A stretch of 64,000 bases of DNA, taken from assembly GCA_000091205.1 (NCBI GenBank), contig AP006496.2; one strand, 5' to 3'. How positions within the stretch are numbered: position 1 is the stretch's first letter; the number at the start of each line of letters is the position of its first letter. The position numbers were made by a program, and so were the translations under genes. This document shows, piece after piece, positions 18,488-30,933 of the stretch. This DNA is from Cyanidioschyzon merolae. Lineage: Eukaryota. A model generated the notes under the pieces. The model was not told the DNA's origin. It did no database searches and saw only the letters and a list, made by a program, of their open reading frames with translations.

Positions 18488-20962
18488 TCAGCAAAACCCT
18501 AACGTAGAGACGCAAGGAGGCTCCAACAGCGTCTGCACGCCGTGGCGTTGCTTCTCGAAAGCCATGAGCTGGCGCCAGAATCCAAGATTCGGTCGACTGA
18601 TGGAGCGTCGCTCACGCATCAATTCCCATGCTGCAGATAGTGTCCAGCCGCTGTAAACTAGGTAGGCAAGCACTGCGCTGACACTGCGGCTGATTCCAGC
18701 GTAGCAATGGACCAGTATAGTGCTGTCCGGGTCGCGACGGCTCTCATCGATAAAGGCGAATATCGCTGGATACAAGCTGTCGAGCGCTTCATCACTCGAG
18801 TCGAGAGCAGGCAGCTGTTTGTAGGTGAGCGCTCCAGGAAAGTGCGGCCGCAGCTCGCTGCCCACAACGAGAATATGTGTGATACCAGCGAACTGCAGGA
18901 AACTCCAATCCGATGCATCGCGCTCGCTACCAACATAGAGATAGGGCAGTATACGACTTGCAGGCTGCGCCCGCTCGTGTAAAAACTGATGTAGCAGCCG
19001 CTCGAACAGCGGTCCAACACGAGTGCGCATCGCTGCACAGAGGTTCATACCGATATCATCGTCGCAGACGCGGATGATATGTTGATGGTGTGCGCGAGAC
19101 ATCGCAGTGAATCCTCCTCTAAGCAGACATACGCGACGCACTTGCAGGTTGCGGAGCGCAAACTCTGCGTTCAGCAGACAGACAAGTTTTGCAGCGATCG
19201 ACAGCGGTTTGTCCATCGACTCTGTACAGTGGTCGTAGAGGACCACCAAGTCCAGCGGACCGCTTTCCTGCCGAACGCGCTTACAGACATGTCTCACAAA
19301 GGCCAGCTCCCGTTTCTCGTCGCTCGAGTAGCGGTCAGGTTCGACCCAGAGGTGCTCCGCGTGGCGGATATGCTCGAACACGAACGACATCCGGGGCCGT
19401 ACATCGAGCACCAAGAGCTGCTTCGCGGTACGCTGCTGTTCGTGCGTACCTCCGTGTACGACGCCTTGCGAGGCGGCACCTTTCGTAGCCTCTTCCGGTG
19501 AAGACGCTGCACTTGCGCACTGCTCCTGCTGCAGTGCAGCTTCGCGTGGTGATTCGATCGGGGCACCTGTTTCTGAAAGCGCGGTCAGTCGCCGCTGTTC
19601 CTTGTCAGCTTGCTCAGTCATGCGATCCAGATAACTGGCTAGTTCGCACGGCTCCAATAGTGCTGATGATGCCGGACTCCTCGGCTGTTTCAGTTGCTGC
19701 TCCGCAGCACAGCAATAGCCGGAAACGCCGTTCGAGTCGGACCAATTCAGCTGCCCGCTGCTAATGACTCTTGAATCGTCTTCAGGTGATCCCAGCCGAT
19801 GATTCCAGCGTGCTCCCGGTTTCGACGGTACCGTTGTTGTTGTTGTTGTTGTTGTTGTTGTCGATTCCTCTGTCGAATCTCCATCCTGGGCTTTCTGCTC
19901 TTCACAGAAAGCGCCTGGCGGCCGCATCATGCGCAGCGTCCGAGCCCCCAGCCCTGCGTCCGAATCCGCACGCCTGTCACCCGTGTCAGCTTGCGCCGCT
20001 AAGCGCGGGAAAAGCATCTCAGGACACGTTGCTTCTTCCGCGTGCATCGAACGTGCACACGCACGCGAGCACGCAGTCCAGGGCTGGTGGCGTTTCTCCA
20101 GTGCCGATGCATGCGACGCGCTGTCTGCTTTTTTGACGCATCCCTCAATAGGAGGCACCTGCTCAGATTCGAGAAAGCTGTCCTCAATGAAGCTTGTGGC
20201 GATGTTTCGCGTCTCCGTGTCAAGCTGAACATCGAGCTTCAGCGGTGGCTGTTCATCAACTGGGCTCGTCGCGAGCTCAAGACTGCACGCAGGGGGTTCG
20301 CCCCAGCGCCCAGCACCACATCCCTCGGGCACGTCACATGCCGCCTGGATGGTAACGAACTCTGGGTTCTGTGTTGAATGCTGGTCGCTCAGCAAACTCA
20401 GACGTGCCGTATTATGGAAAAGTCCTGGAGACCAAGCCGCACGTCCCAGAGGGTGTGCAGCCGCTGGTGTGCTGGCTGTGTGCTCGCTGGTTTCCGCCTG
20501 AGGTGCTAGAAAGCTAACAGAACCGGCCGCCTCCGCCAGCGTTGTCACGGACCAATGTTCCAGTTCGGGAGCCGTCAAAACGGCACGGCTGCCCGGTTGC
20601 TCCCGGACGGCTCCGTGCCAAGTGCATGCCGCCGCATTACCTGCGCTGGAAGTGCAGCTCACGAAACGGTACCCGTGCGGAGCGTGTCCCCAATTCAGGC
20701 ATAGCGACTTACCGGTAGAGGTTGACTCGAACCCTAGACAGCGCTCCGCGGCAGATAAATGTTTCAGACACCAGCGGCTCGACGAGTGTTGGCGCGGGGA
20801 CGTCAGCGGCGCACACAGACTTGTCGATAGGCGCCCTGCGCCTGCCTCCGTTTCGGACTCTGTTGCTCCCTTCCAGTCTAGGGGCGCACCGCACGTCGCT
20901 AGCTGAAGCCTCGGGGCAGCCTCGCTCTTCTGAGTGTCAGAAGCAGCTTCAGCGGCGCGCAT
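18488..20962 (-). CDS. dual-specificity protein phosphatase with an upstream rhodanese (CDC25-like) domain (MKP-like). It has a long low-complexity N-terminal region that includes a poly-Thr run. The N-terminal extent is uncertain
   Basis: C-terminal catalytic motif VHCYAGISRSVSAVLAYLV (HCxxGxxRS) with an AYLM-like helix. The rhodanese-like block is LLVLDVRPRMSFVFEHIRHAEHL. The T9 run is encoded by (GTT)9 at 19833-19860. Confidence 0.75.
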   Translation of the reverse strand: MRAAEAASDTQKSEAAPRLQLATCGAPLDWKGATESETEAGAGRLSTSLCAPLTSPRQHSSSRWCLKHLSAAERCLGFESTSTGKSLCLNWGHAPHGYRFVSCTSSAGNAAACTWHGAVREQPGSRAVLTAPELEHWSVTTLAEAAGSVSFLAPQAETSEHTASTPAAAHPLGRAAWSPGLFHNTARLSLLSDQHSTQNPEFVTIQAACDVPEGCGAGRWGEPPACSLELATSPVDEQPPLKLDVQLDTETRNIATSFIEDSFLESEQVPPIEGCVKKADSASHASALEKRHQPWTACSRACARSMHAEEATCPEMLFPRLAAQADTGDRRADSDAGLGARTLRMMRPPGAFCEEQKAQDGDSTEESTTTTTTTTTTVPSKPGARWNHRLGSPEDDSRVISSGQLNWSDSNGVSGYCCAAEQQLKQPRSPASSALLEPCELASYLDRMTEQADKEQRRLTALSETGAPIESPREAALQQEQCASAASSPEEATKGAASQGVVHGGTHEQQRTAKQLLVLDVRPRMSFVFEHIRHAEHLWVEPDRYSSDEKRELAFVRHVCKRVRQESGPLDLVVLYDHCTESMDKPLSIAAKLVCLLNAEFALRNLQVRRVCLLRGGFTAMSRAHHQHIIRVCDDDIGMNLCAAMRTRVGPLFERLLHQFLHERAQPASRILPYLYVGSERDASDWSFLQFAGITHILVVGSELRPHFPGALTYKQLPALDSSDEALDSLYPAIFAFIDESRRDPDSTILVHCYAGISRSVSAVLAYLVYSGWTLSAAWELMRERRSISRPNLGFWRQLMAFEKQRHGVQTLLEPPCVSTLGFC
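19833..19860. repeat. (GTT)9 / (AAC)9 trinucleotide repeat inside the phosphatase CDS (poly-Thr)
   Basis: gttgttgttgttgttgttgttgttgtt. Confidence 0.9.
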
Positions 20963-21599
20963 TCTTCCTGCCGGCCAAAGTGTGTGTGTGCGCTAGTGCC
21001 TGCAACGCTCCTGGTACGCCTCGGGGGAGTATAACGGAGAATTGCTCGCGGGCTGGTGACCCGGGCGACGCGATCTCCGGGAGGGGCTTGAGGCGGCGCG
21101 CGCCATTGCGCAGCGTCACGCTTTCGTCTGTTGACTGGTGTTAACGAGAAACGTCCAATAATTGTATTTAAATGTATTAAATGATACAAAAATGAAATAG
21201 AAGCGTCAGCCTCATCTGGATGTGCTCGGAGCACGGAGACGGCTGCGACGATTTTTACGGTTTGACAGATCGCTCACATTGACCATGGATCGCAGAATGC
21301 GGAGTTGATGGATATTGGCTTTCAGGAAAGCGTCCATCATGCCGCTGCACCCTATCTTCAGTTTCCATTATTCACGCTTCCTTTCGGCTGTACTGCTCGT
21401 CTAGTACGTTCTATCGTGCGCTGAGTTCCTGCTTTGAGCAGCCGCCGTAGCGCCTGTACCACTTGAGCGAATGCATCACGGAGACAGAACGGCTTTTTCC
21501 GTACCACTGAGGGCGTTGGCTCGAGGCGAGCATCATCCGGCACGGGGTCGGTGTATATCATCATTGTGGAAGCCTGCAAACTGCGCAGACAGACCAAGA

Positions 21600-24361
21600 G
21601 CTTGCGGTAATGGGAAGCGATATGCAAGGAGACCATCGCGACCAGAGCGACGCCCAGACGGTGCCTACCCGCTCCTCGTCCCAGCGTAGACTGCATTGGG
21701 GACGAGTCGCTCAGATCTCACTAAAGCACGTGCAAATGGGGCGAGCATCAAGCACGAGCGTGGGAGACTCGTCTCGCGTGCGGGACCTTCCGCACAGGCG
21801 GCAACCTTTCGACAATACGGGAAGATTTTCCCTCTTTTCATGTTTATCGTTGAGGGGGAATGAAATCGTTACATCTTTGCTATTTAATGATTAGTCTCTT
21901 TTCTTTTTTCCGTATTGTGCGGTCGATACGCGCATCTCCATATCTGGCAGGCATGAGACACGACGTGCATCTCGCTGTTGAGGGGAAACGAGATCCTGAC
22001 CTTTAGTGTGCAGCTCTAACCTACAAGTTGTATTATGGTTGAAGTCATAGCAGAGTATGCTCTCTCGATTCAATCGTGTTTCAGCCCTCAAGCAAGTACA
22101 TTCAAGTGATTTTCCACGATTTATAGCGGACGCATTCGAAATAGGATCTTTTTCAAAAATAAAAAAGAAAAGTAATCGAAATGGAAGTAGAGGATCCCGG
22201 AGGCGCGGTGTCACCTGCTGGTGGAAAAAAACGAAAAACAGAGTCAAACGTAGAGGAACAAGACATGACGAAGAAGCAGAAGAAGAAGGCCCGACGCCAA
22301 AGGCTGCGAGAAAGATGACAATACTACGAGATTGTTGTAAAAGCCTGTCTTCTTGGATAAATCAAGGATCTGTACAAGCAAAAGTTACGAGAGGCCATCA
22401 GAAACTGTGTAGATTCGTACTCCATGAGTGGTATAAAGGCTTCGTCAGGGCTAATGCATTTGGTGAAGGAGCTGTATCGGGACCTGATGGAAATCAAAAG
22501 ACGCGTGGTTCCGGAAGGTTTATTCAACAAGACCTTTTTTCGCCACCTGATTGTTGGCACAGGGGCAGCGTCGAGAAGAGATGAGGGAATGCACGCCCTC
22601 TACGAAAAATTCGCCGAATTCCGCTTCGACGGTACTCGATACATGGGTGATGCGGATATTTACGGATGCGGGGCAATGAAGTACCTCACGAATCTGAAGA
22701 ACAATATGCTCAGTATCCTCGAACGTTTCATGTTACGTTCTATCTTTGCGCTGTACCCGGGCCTGTCTCGCAATGGGATATGGGGCATCATCGAAAGTAT
22801 CACGAACAATCGCCAGCATGAAGATAGGATCCAATCCGTCGACGACAAGACATCACGCAGGAGCAGGAATGAAGCTTCTGTATTGCGTACGGCTATACAG
22901 GAGCATCGTGCGGTACGGGGACTGGCGAATCCTGCAGAAAAGGTAACGGAAATGAAAAAAGATGTTATCACCTCATCCTAAGCTATTTCGTGCTTCTGGA
23001 CCGAGAACTCGAACGCAAGGCAGAGATGGAGCTGGGCGTGAGAAAAAATGAAGAGTCGTTGGAACGGAAGGCTTTCCTGATGTGGAAGCGCTTCAACGTG
23101 GTTCCGTTGTGCAACATCAAGTCACATTTTGTGACTATCGACTCCGGAGTCGTTCATGGCATCGTAAGGGAGATCAGTCCGGAGTTCGATGTAAGCAAGA
23201 TAGAGTTCACCGATGAAACGCGGGAGACGTACTGGAAGAATATCTTCGATTTCAAACGTCTCAAAGTGAGCAAGCAAAAGCAGTTCACTGGGATGATCGA
23301 AACCGATGGAGAAGCCATCTGCGTACATCATCGGCGCTTGAAAGCAGATCGTCCAGTTCCGTCCTCGGCTTCGCCCTCGGCGAAGCATGAAGAAAAGAAG
23401 GTGGCGGATCCTGCGACACAGAAAGTGCAGGACAACGACTTTGTCGTTGGCGCGGCCCCCGGGAACTTGAATATCACAACCATTGAAGCACCCAAGTGTG
23501 CGGAACATGGTGACGACGGCAACTGACGTCAGAAGGACATGCGTCTTGTAAAGTTCTCAAGGGCGAGGTATCGCCTAGAATCGTGAATAATGAATGCAAG
23601 GAAGAAATTTGGGACTTGGAATGCAGGAGTGAAGGAGCGCCTGGAAGCTATGAGCGCGGTGACGAACCGCGGAGCGGGCTTTGACTATTTTCGGGAATTC
23701 ATGGAAGTTCGCATTGCTCATTGGGATGCGCTGTGAGGGGAGTACACCAAGTCACGATTAGCTCGTAAGTGTATGAGACTGTACTGTGGGAAGCAGCTTC
23801 GCGTCGCGAACTTCTTCAATGAATTGAGCGCCCTCAAAGAGGATGAAAGGCGGAGGCTTGTAACAGCATACGGAGCAGGACGCTAGGCTTCCAAAAAAGG
23901 AGCATACCTGTTCCATCGACAAGAGTGTACAAGGAGTGCACACATCGTTTTCTCACGATACGGGTAGATGAGTTCTGAGCGTCGTATACACACTTCGAGC
24001 TGGGGTGTATACTCCAGAGGGTCGAGATGGAAAAGTGCCAGCGGAGCTCTAAGGATGTAAAAAAGTACGGAGCGCTGAAAGAACAGGAAATGGAACGGAG
24101 GGCACAGGTTCGAGAACTCCTTGCACTGGTGGGTACAACCAACGGGGGCAAGAAACGCATGGAGTTCGAGAACGGTGACTTGTTCTCGCCGCAATCAATA
24201 GAACGAGATATGCGGTCCCGGAGAAGAGACCCGACGCGCTAACACGATCTAAAATTCGCAGGGCAGCCGTGCAGTGTCGAGGTGTACAACGAGAAACTGA
24301 AACCAGTAGCAGAGGGCCGGTCCAAAAAGACTGGAGGCGTCTGCACGTCAGTTGGAGATGT
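21600..24361 (+). mobile_element. copy 1 of the 2.3-2.8 kb repeat family (putative Fanzor/TnpB-like element), with a decayed ORF
   Basis: The 5' flank 21600-22056, the 80-bp 5' box, the ORF and the 3' terminus ...ctggaggcgtctgcacgtcagttgga are all shared with the minus-strand copies at 44569-47400 and 51339-54090. Confidence 0.6.
22181..24242 (+). pseudogene. decayed ORF of repeat copy 1, with in-frame TGA and TAA stops at positions that are sense in copy 2, plus frameshifts. The RuvC-I-like box is mutated (AAPGN)
   Basis: MEVEDPGGAVSPAGGKKRKTE... RER* ...LLG*IKD... is one frame carrying two stops. Later it gives [19 protein letters not shown] and TRVYKECTHRFLTIRVDEF*ASYTHFELGC. Confidence 0.55.
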
Positions 24362-25675
24362 ATTGTCTATGGCGGTCACTCGCCACTAATGTGCACCGGT
24401 TATGCAGCGTTTGATGATTGAACGGCATGCCTGTGCTGGTGGTGGTGGTGCTGCGATGCGCAGGACGCACAAACTCCGGCCTGCGTCGTTGCATCGCAAG
24501 GAGAAAAGATACGTCAGGGCAGGAGCAGGCGCCTACGAGTATCCCGCCTGTCATGTCTGCGCGGTGCAGGTTCATTTGGTGGCTGTGCATTGGGTGCAGC
24601 GCGATGCACGCTTCTACAATGACTTGGAACTGTGTAACGCAACGATTGGCGGTAGCGGGTTGCATCGCTGTTACTTCATGGTGCAGGTGCAGCCGCTGTA
24701 TGTATCCCGCGAACTGAGGTACCACTCTCATCGATTCATGCACAAGCGCTGCGGCCATGCACTGATGCTGCGTTATGGGCGTCGGTGAATCGGCGAACAG
24801 GCTTCTCGCTCCACGGACTAACCTTCAAAAGCTTCGATCAAAAAGCCTCTGGGAGCGGGTTTTCTCGTTGCGGACCTTAAAAGGCGATACCGTACAATTC
24901 TGTTGGCATCGTATTCGGAAATCGCAGCAGAGGAGCGCCAAGCATTCCGTGGCTGGTTTGCGAGATTCGCTGTCTGCTAGGCGAGGACTATGGACCTGAG
25001 CCACTCCCGACGCAGTGCCAGGCGAGCATGCATGCCACCCCTGGCACATCGCTATGATGCTCATATGTTCAAGGTCCAAGTATGCCCAGCCACGGCCATC
25101 GCTCCAATGCTGACTTGCTGGTGTCAACAGGACAACACCCCGTCTCCGCAAGGCTATTTCTTTATGAACCGGCCATGTCCGGAAACGTAAGCATAGCATG
25201 ACAGAATCCTGTATGATATAGGATAGAGACGATGGTTTTTAATTCTCTAATCAGCAGGAGAGAGAGCGTTGCCAGCGAGCACGCTGCGCGAACAACAGGA
25301 ACGGTTAGTGGTCGCTGCTACCTCTTGTCACGTAGATTATCACTCGATCACCCAGATGCACTTGTGAGCGTAGCGCCCATCATCCCTGAATTCCGAATCC
25401 TAGTGAAATGTTCCCCATGAGTGATAAAACTTGCCTGTGTAGACGATCCCCAAAGCGCCGGTGGTGCTGTAGCCGTCCACCTGCTGCGCCTCCGGCTTGC
25501 GCAGTCCTAACGCAGATGACGCGTACGCTGTCGTGCAGCGCCACAGTGTTACGCCTACCTGTTGCCGTTCGGGTTAGGTAGGTTTTGTTTTCGGGCGCTC
25601 CGTCTTGGTGTAAGCGGTAGTCAGAGGTGCTCGGCGCAGGAGCAGCGACAACCGAGTGTTGCGCGTGCGTTTCCC

Positions 25676-26092
25676 ATGGGCGCCGTTGACGAGGTGGTGG
25701 AGCCTCCTCTGGCCCACGACGTTCGGGCAGACGTGCTCGAGACGTTGAAGGCGAGCGGCGAGTGGTGGAGACTGCGTCGACTTTTTAGAGAGCAGCTTGA
25801 GGACTGTGGCTGGCGTGATGCGGTGAAACGGCGCTTCCGTAGACTTGTGCGTGAAGCCGAACAGCGTGCTGGAGCCACAGCGACGCTCGCCGAAGACTCG
25901 TCCTCGCCTCAAGCCCAGGGTCCCTTTCTCCTGAGTCAACTTGATCTTGACGAACTTATTGATAAGGCTACCTCGCAAATATTCCTCGCAATTCCAGAAT
26001 CTGTCCAGGAAGCACTGCTATGCAGTGTTCGCGAGAGTGTCTGTGCGGCAGTCGGTGAACTCGAGACTAGCTCCGCTCCTCCGAGCGTCTAA
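25676..26092 (+). CDS. ENY2: ENY2/Sus1-like transcription and mRNA export factor (SAGA DUB module, TREX-2 subunit), about 138 aa counted from the internal Met
   Basis: LRRLFREQLEDCGWRDAVKRRFRRLVRE...LSQLDLDELIDKATSQIFLAIPESVQEALLCSVRESV parallels ENY2 [30 protein letters not shown]...[34 protein letters not shown]. The ORF-track start at 25562 adds an Arg/Cys-rich leader that is probably not translated. Confidence 0.6.
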   Translation: MGAVDEVVEPPLAHDVRADVLETLKASGEWWRLRRLFREQLEDCGWRDAVKRRFRRLVREAEQRAGATATLAEDSSSPQAQGPFLLSQLDLDELIDKATSQIFLAIPESVQEALLCSVRESVCAAVGELETSSAPPSV

Positions 26093-28838
26093 CACCGACG
26101 CTCTGCCATGAACCCTGAAATGCAGTGGAGGACGTCTATCGGGCGGTTTTGCTATTCTAGGAGCTTCACACCGCGACACAGAATTTGGCGGCAGAATAAG
26201 TGCTATACGATATGCAGCGTTTTGCGAACGACCTTGCATGTGACTTGCCGTTATCCATCAGAGCAGAGAATCCTGGAGTATCTGCACTAGAACGCTCTGT
26301 TTGTTTTTGTTGTTTTCTTGAAGGAATTCAACGACGGCGTTCATGGTGTTGATTGGAGAAGTGTTGCTGAAAGCGTCGATGTTGTCTGTGCTAGCTGGAA
26401 AATTATCTCGTTATGCATTCAGGTCAGTCGATCAACGGTCAGCTGGACGATGAGCCGCCCTTCTCGACGTGGGTAACCTGCACATCGTGCACCTAAACCA
26501 TGTTTTATCAAAATCTTTCTTTACGATCGTCTCCTCGCCAATTCGTTCCACTCCATTCGTTCTTTATCAAAAAAGACCAAAGCAGCAGGCGTTGAAGTTT
26601 GCGTATCGTTGATACGAACGGAGATGAAGACCAGGATGGGCAAAGAAAATAGCGCGTTTGTATGGGAGACCATCGCGCGTTGAATACGACGCAATCTACT
26701 TTGTGCTGAAACGCGAATGTCTATTACAAGAGCAACGGGTTTTCGCGTCACTCGAAGACATCGCATTCAGCAGAAGAGGTAGACCTTTACATAGGCTATC
26801 AAAGAGAGGAGACCATTGTTCGTCGAGAAGCGCATTGCGTGCATTCCGAAAACGTTGGACTCAGCGGCAATTCAGTCGTCTCGTCGACGACAAGTCGCAA
26901 ACGGACCGAATTTTGTAACACCCAATCCATGTCGAAGCAATTCCTGGCTTCTTTCTTCACATTCTTCCGTCCTGCTCATACACAATTCGGTTTTTCATCA
27001 TTCAAATGCAGCTAAAGAATACGCAGCTCAGATTGGCATAGATCTGCTCTTCGTGCCAGCGATTGCTCTCTGGGTCAATCCAATCGCGGGCGTTTTCTAC
27101 GTTGTCAAACGCCACGTTTGCGCCCACGGATCCATAGACGAGTCGTTGGCATCAGTGATACCGTTCTTCGAGTAAATATGCTTCGGCACGTCGTTCTGAA
27201 TCTTCACCAGTTGGCAACTGGTCCGTTGTTCGTCAGTATGAGTGCGGAAAGGAGCGAAACGACGCGTCCCGGTTCGCGGGCGTCCTCGGGACGGAGGAGG
27301 TGACGGAAAAGTAACTGGCGAATTGAAGATACATATATTGAAAAGGTGCGCAGCCGTTCCACAGTGAACCTAGTGCATATGCGTGCGGTGCGAAAAACGA
27401 ATAAGACGTGTAGCGGTCATAACCATACCAATTCGTCAGGAGGACGATAAGGAATAGAAGGAGCTGGTCTCTGCGAGCAGATATGAAGCTTTCGAACAAC
27501 TTTACGATTAGCGTTGGCGAGACTCATTTGTGGTTTTTCCTACACACTGAGAAAATAAGAAACAAATGGACATGAACGATAGAACCCGATGGAATATCAC
27601 GATTAATGCACGTTTCGAACACCAGGACAGGCTCGAGTAACCACCCCGTATTCTGAACCGTTCGTAATAGAATAAGGGAATTTGTTTGCTGAAAGGCGTC
27701 AAGGCCTTCGCCCTACCGTTAGATCACGAGGGCGGAGCCAAATACCTGAACCGTAACCAGATGACGCCGCTCAGCTCTTCATGGACTTGGTATCATCGAG
27801 AGTCGGGCTTGATGGACCCCAGGAAGCACATCGCCAACTGGAATGACGACGACACGGCCTACCTTGATGCTCTGGGCACCATGCCATGCAGGCGCGGACA
27901 CTTTGAACGCCTCGTCTGGAGAATACGTGAGAGCGCGCCTGGGCCGCCAACAGTTTCGGTTACAAGGATTCGCGACGTTTGCATTCGTCAACGTCTCTAA
28001 TGACTTGGAAAAAGAAATGACCCACTGGTTGTGTCATTTGCTCGTAGCCAATCGCGCTGGACGTGCTGTAGCGCGCAAAGGCTGCACTCCTGGGGCCCCC
28101 GCCAGCACCCGAATCGAGTGCTGGAATCTCTTCTGTACGATTCGCATCGATGCGCTCTAGATGACGTACACGTTTCAAGATTCGAGGAAGACGCTGAAGC
28201 AGGCTGAGCAGGAAAGCTTCAAACAGAGCTGAATGCACGAGATGGTGTCCTTGAAGACGAACAGACGTCAAATGAGGATACAATAGAATAAGACAGGCCT
28301 GCACGGGGGTGTGTGCGAGCACCACCAACGATGCGCGCAAGCATTTTATGCACCAAGTCTTCAGCGCCTCAATCAACATCCGAAAATATCTCGTGCTTCT
28401 GGAGCGTTCACACGCTTTAATTCAAGCAAGCCTTGGACGGAAGCGTTGAGTACTCTGAGTAGACGTTATGCGGAAACGCTGAAAACTTGTTATGAAAAAA
28501 CCAGTCGCCAGTACAGTGGCAGTTGGATGCGCACCCGAAGCAAGGCACTGGTACAGTCCGCTTCGACAAGCCAGAGGCGCTGGACCGCCGCATGCATATA
28601 CCTGGAATTTGATTCCTGGTTCATCGATAGACGATTATGGTGCTCCATGTTTCGATGTGACTTAGAAGCGGACCGGTTCAACGCATGAGTGCCAAAATCG
28701 CAGCAGTATACACCAGAATGCACTAGGATATAGCGGCAAGAAAACAACAAGGATACAGGACCTTGTCAAGAGATGGAGTGAACTATGGTCTTTTACATTT
28801 CGCCGTCGCGCTTTTTCTCGAAGAGTTTGTTTCATGGA

Positions 28839-30023
28839 TCAGGCTTTTTTCACCTTACCGCCTCGCAGCGTCTTCACCTGGGAGTAAATGGCAACTCCAG
28901 CGAGTGCGATGACAGTCCCAATGATGTTCTGTCGTGAAACGGGATTTCGGAAAAAGAGCACGGAGCTCACAATAACCGCGACACGTTTCACGGTGTTTCC
29001 GATCGAATGCGTCACCGGCGAGACGCGCTGCAAGACCACATAGGAGAACTGGTTGTAGAGGTAATGCAGGAGTCCACAGAGCGCAAGCATCCCTAGCAAT
29101 GAAAGACCTCCAATGGACGCATTCGCAGCACTCCACACACCTGCATACTTCGTGTAATCGACGACTATGGCTAATGGGATAGCTGTAATCGCAGCTAAGC
29201 AGGATATCCAGCCGAAAAGGTTGACGTCATCGAACTCCACGCCTTTCATGAATTTTTTGCTTAGGACGTTGCGGGACTGGAAGGACACGTTGCTCGCAAC
29301 TGCAGTAAGAAAACCGGGCCAGTTGAAGCTGACTTCGCTCACGGAGGCGAGAACAACACCGAATACAATTGGAACCAGCGATGCATAGATTGGCCAGGAG
29401 AAGGTAGTACCGGGAAGAAAAATTTTCGCCAGAACCACGGAGAAGAAAGGTTCGCTTGCCTTGATGACATGGGTGAAACTAACCGCCATTTGTCGCAGGG
29501 AGAAGTTCGTGAAGAGGTTTCCAAAGAGATGCGCTAATGCCAGCGGATAGATTTTCCGCAAGTCGGCGGGTGTCGCGCGTTGAAACCGATGCATGCGCGT
29601 GCCCCACAGAAAAAGCGAAATAGTTGCCCCGGCGAGCATTTGTACGGCGGTGACACTCACGAAGAGCGGGAATGACTTCATCAGCGTCTTGTTGACGATG
29701 TTAAAACCAATGTTTGCAGCATACCAACAGGCGATGTATGCTCCTAGGGCCAGACGGCGCCCAAGTGAGGCGCTGAGATCAGTCGGCGCACTCGTGCCGC
29801 TCGCCGCTGGCTCTGATGCCGTCATCTGCAGCGTTGCGGGCGAGCAATGCTGAGTATGACGTTCAATCACGTGGGTCTTGGTCTTTCCAGGAAAAAGACT
29901 ACAGCGCTTGTACTGAATCGACTGCCAGCGCCTCGTGCTCGCTGGTGCCGTGTTCGAGCGAAAGGCTGCACCCGATAGCCGCCAGCACGGCGCAGGCGAC
30001 GTCATCACAAATGCTGGCTCCAT
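28839..30023 (-). CDS. plastidic phosphate translocator of the TPT/PPT/GPT family (DMT superfamily), with an N-terminal transit peptide
   Basis: 394 aa. The mature part carries the pPT family pattern [25 protein letters not shown] (here YIACWYAANIGFNIVNKTLMKSFPLFVSV) and shows collinearity with TPT TM helices. Confidence 0.85.
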   Translation of the reverse strand: MEPAFVMTSPAPCWRLSGAAFRSNTAPASTRRWQSIQYKRCSLFPGKTKTHVIERHTQHCSPATLQMTASEPAASGTSAPTDLSASLGRRLALGAYIACWYAANIGFNIVNKTLMKSFPLFVSVTAVQMLAGATISLFLWGTRMHRFQRATPADLRKIYPLALAHLFGNLFTNFSLRQMAVSFTHVIKASEPFFSVVLAKIFLPGTTFSWPIYASLVPIVFGVVLASVSEVSFNWPGFLTAVASNVSFQSRNVLSKKFMKGVEFDDVNLFGWISCLAAITAIPLAIVVDYTKYAGVWSAANASIGGLSLLGMLALCGLLHYLYNQFSYVVLQRVSPVTHSIGNTVKRVAVIVSSVLFFRNPVSRQNIIGTVIALAGVAIYSQVKTLRGGKVKKA

Positions 30024-30200
30024 TTTTATTTGTTCTCCTAAATTGAGTTGATGATGAACGAGGCTTCAAGATTCTGTGAACTAGTTACGATCTCGCACAA
30101 CGCTTACCCAGTTGCGTGGCCGGCAAGCTGCGCGTCCAGTGGAGGGTTTCGTATCCGTCGAGCTGCGAAGGCGGATAAGAGCAGTGCCTGGAAACGGATC

Positions 30201-30232
30201 GCCGCCGCCGCCGCCGCCGCCGTCGCCGCCGC
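30201..30232. repeat. (GCC)n trinucleotide repeat
   Basis: gccgccgccgccgccgccgccgtcgccgcc. Confidence 0.9.
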
Positions 30233-30933
30233 AGTTGTGCCATCAGCACAGGCCGCGTATATTCGCCGATCGTCGTTGCATTGAAGAGCAGAGGGGCATT
30301 TCGTACAGACTGTACATTTATGTCAGTTTTGAGATCAGACGGACATAGGGATGTTGTGGACGATTCGTGTTGTTCATTGATCGCGAGCTTGGTACCTGGA
30401 GCGTTGCATGATCGAGCTGGGATCCCTAACGATCGGACCAGTCTGAGGCTGGTGGAATGAAACAGGTACAGGATATACTAGATGATCTTTTTCGCGGCTG
30501 CTGGGAGAACTCGCGTATGCGCTGGGATTCCGATGGAGTGCATCGAGCTTCCATCATTAAAGCAGGGGTGACGCATAGTCTATTCCCGGCGGAATTGGTG
30601 CAGATCGGCAACGATCCCTGCACGCCCGATTACAAGCGGCACTTACGCATTTGCAAGAATTTGGGTAGATCCGCCTACCCGGGACGACGTGACAGGCAGC
30701 ATACGACCTTCGTTGGTGCGCACTAAATAATGCACATTTGTATTCCTAGCAAGTATAGTGCACCTGGTAGGCGTTGGCTTTGAGCCCCGATGGTCGTTCT
30801 GCGGAAAACATAAAGTATGTGTACGAAAGTCCTCGTTCACAGCAGAGGATTAGCACCGTCGTAGCCAAAACAAGGCCGGGTGACTGGCAGGTGTTCGGAT
30901 CTCTTGGTCAGCGATCTGGTCTCTCGGACATTG

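Noticed and set aside
21358-21696. 112-aa ORF 21358..21696(-)
   Set aside because: It lies within the conserved 5' flank of the repeat family, where all three copies are non-coding and diverged. It is not conserved as an ORF in the other copies
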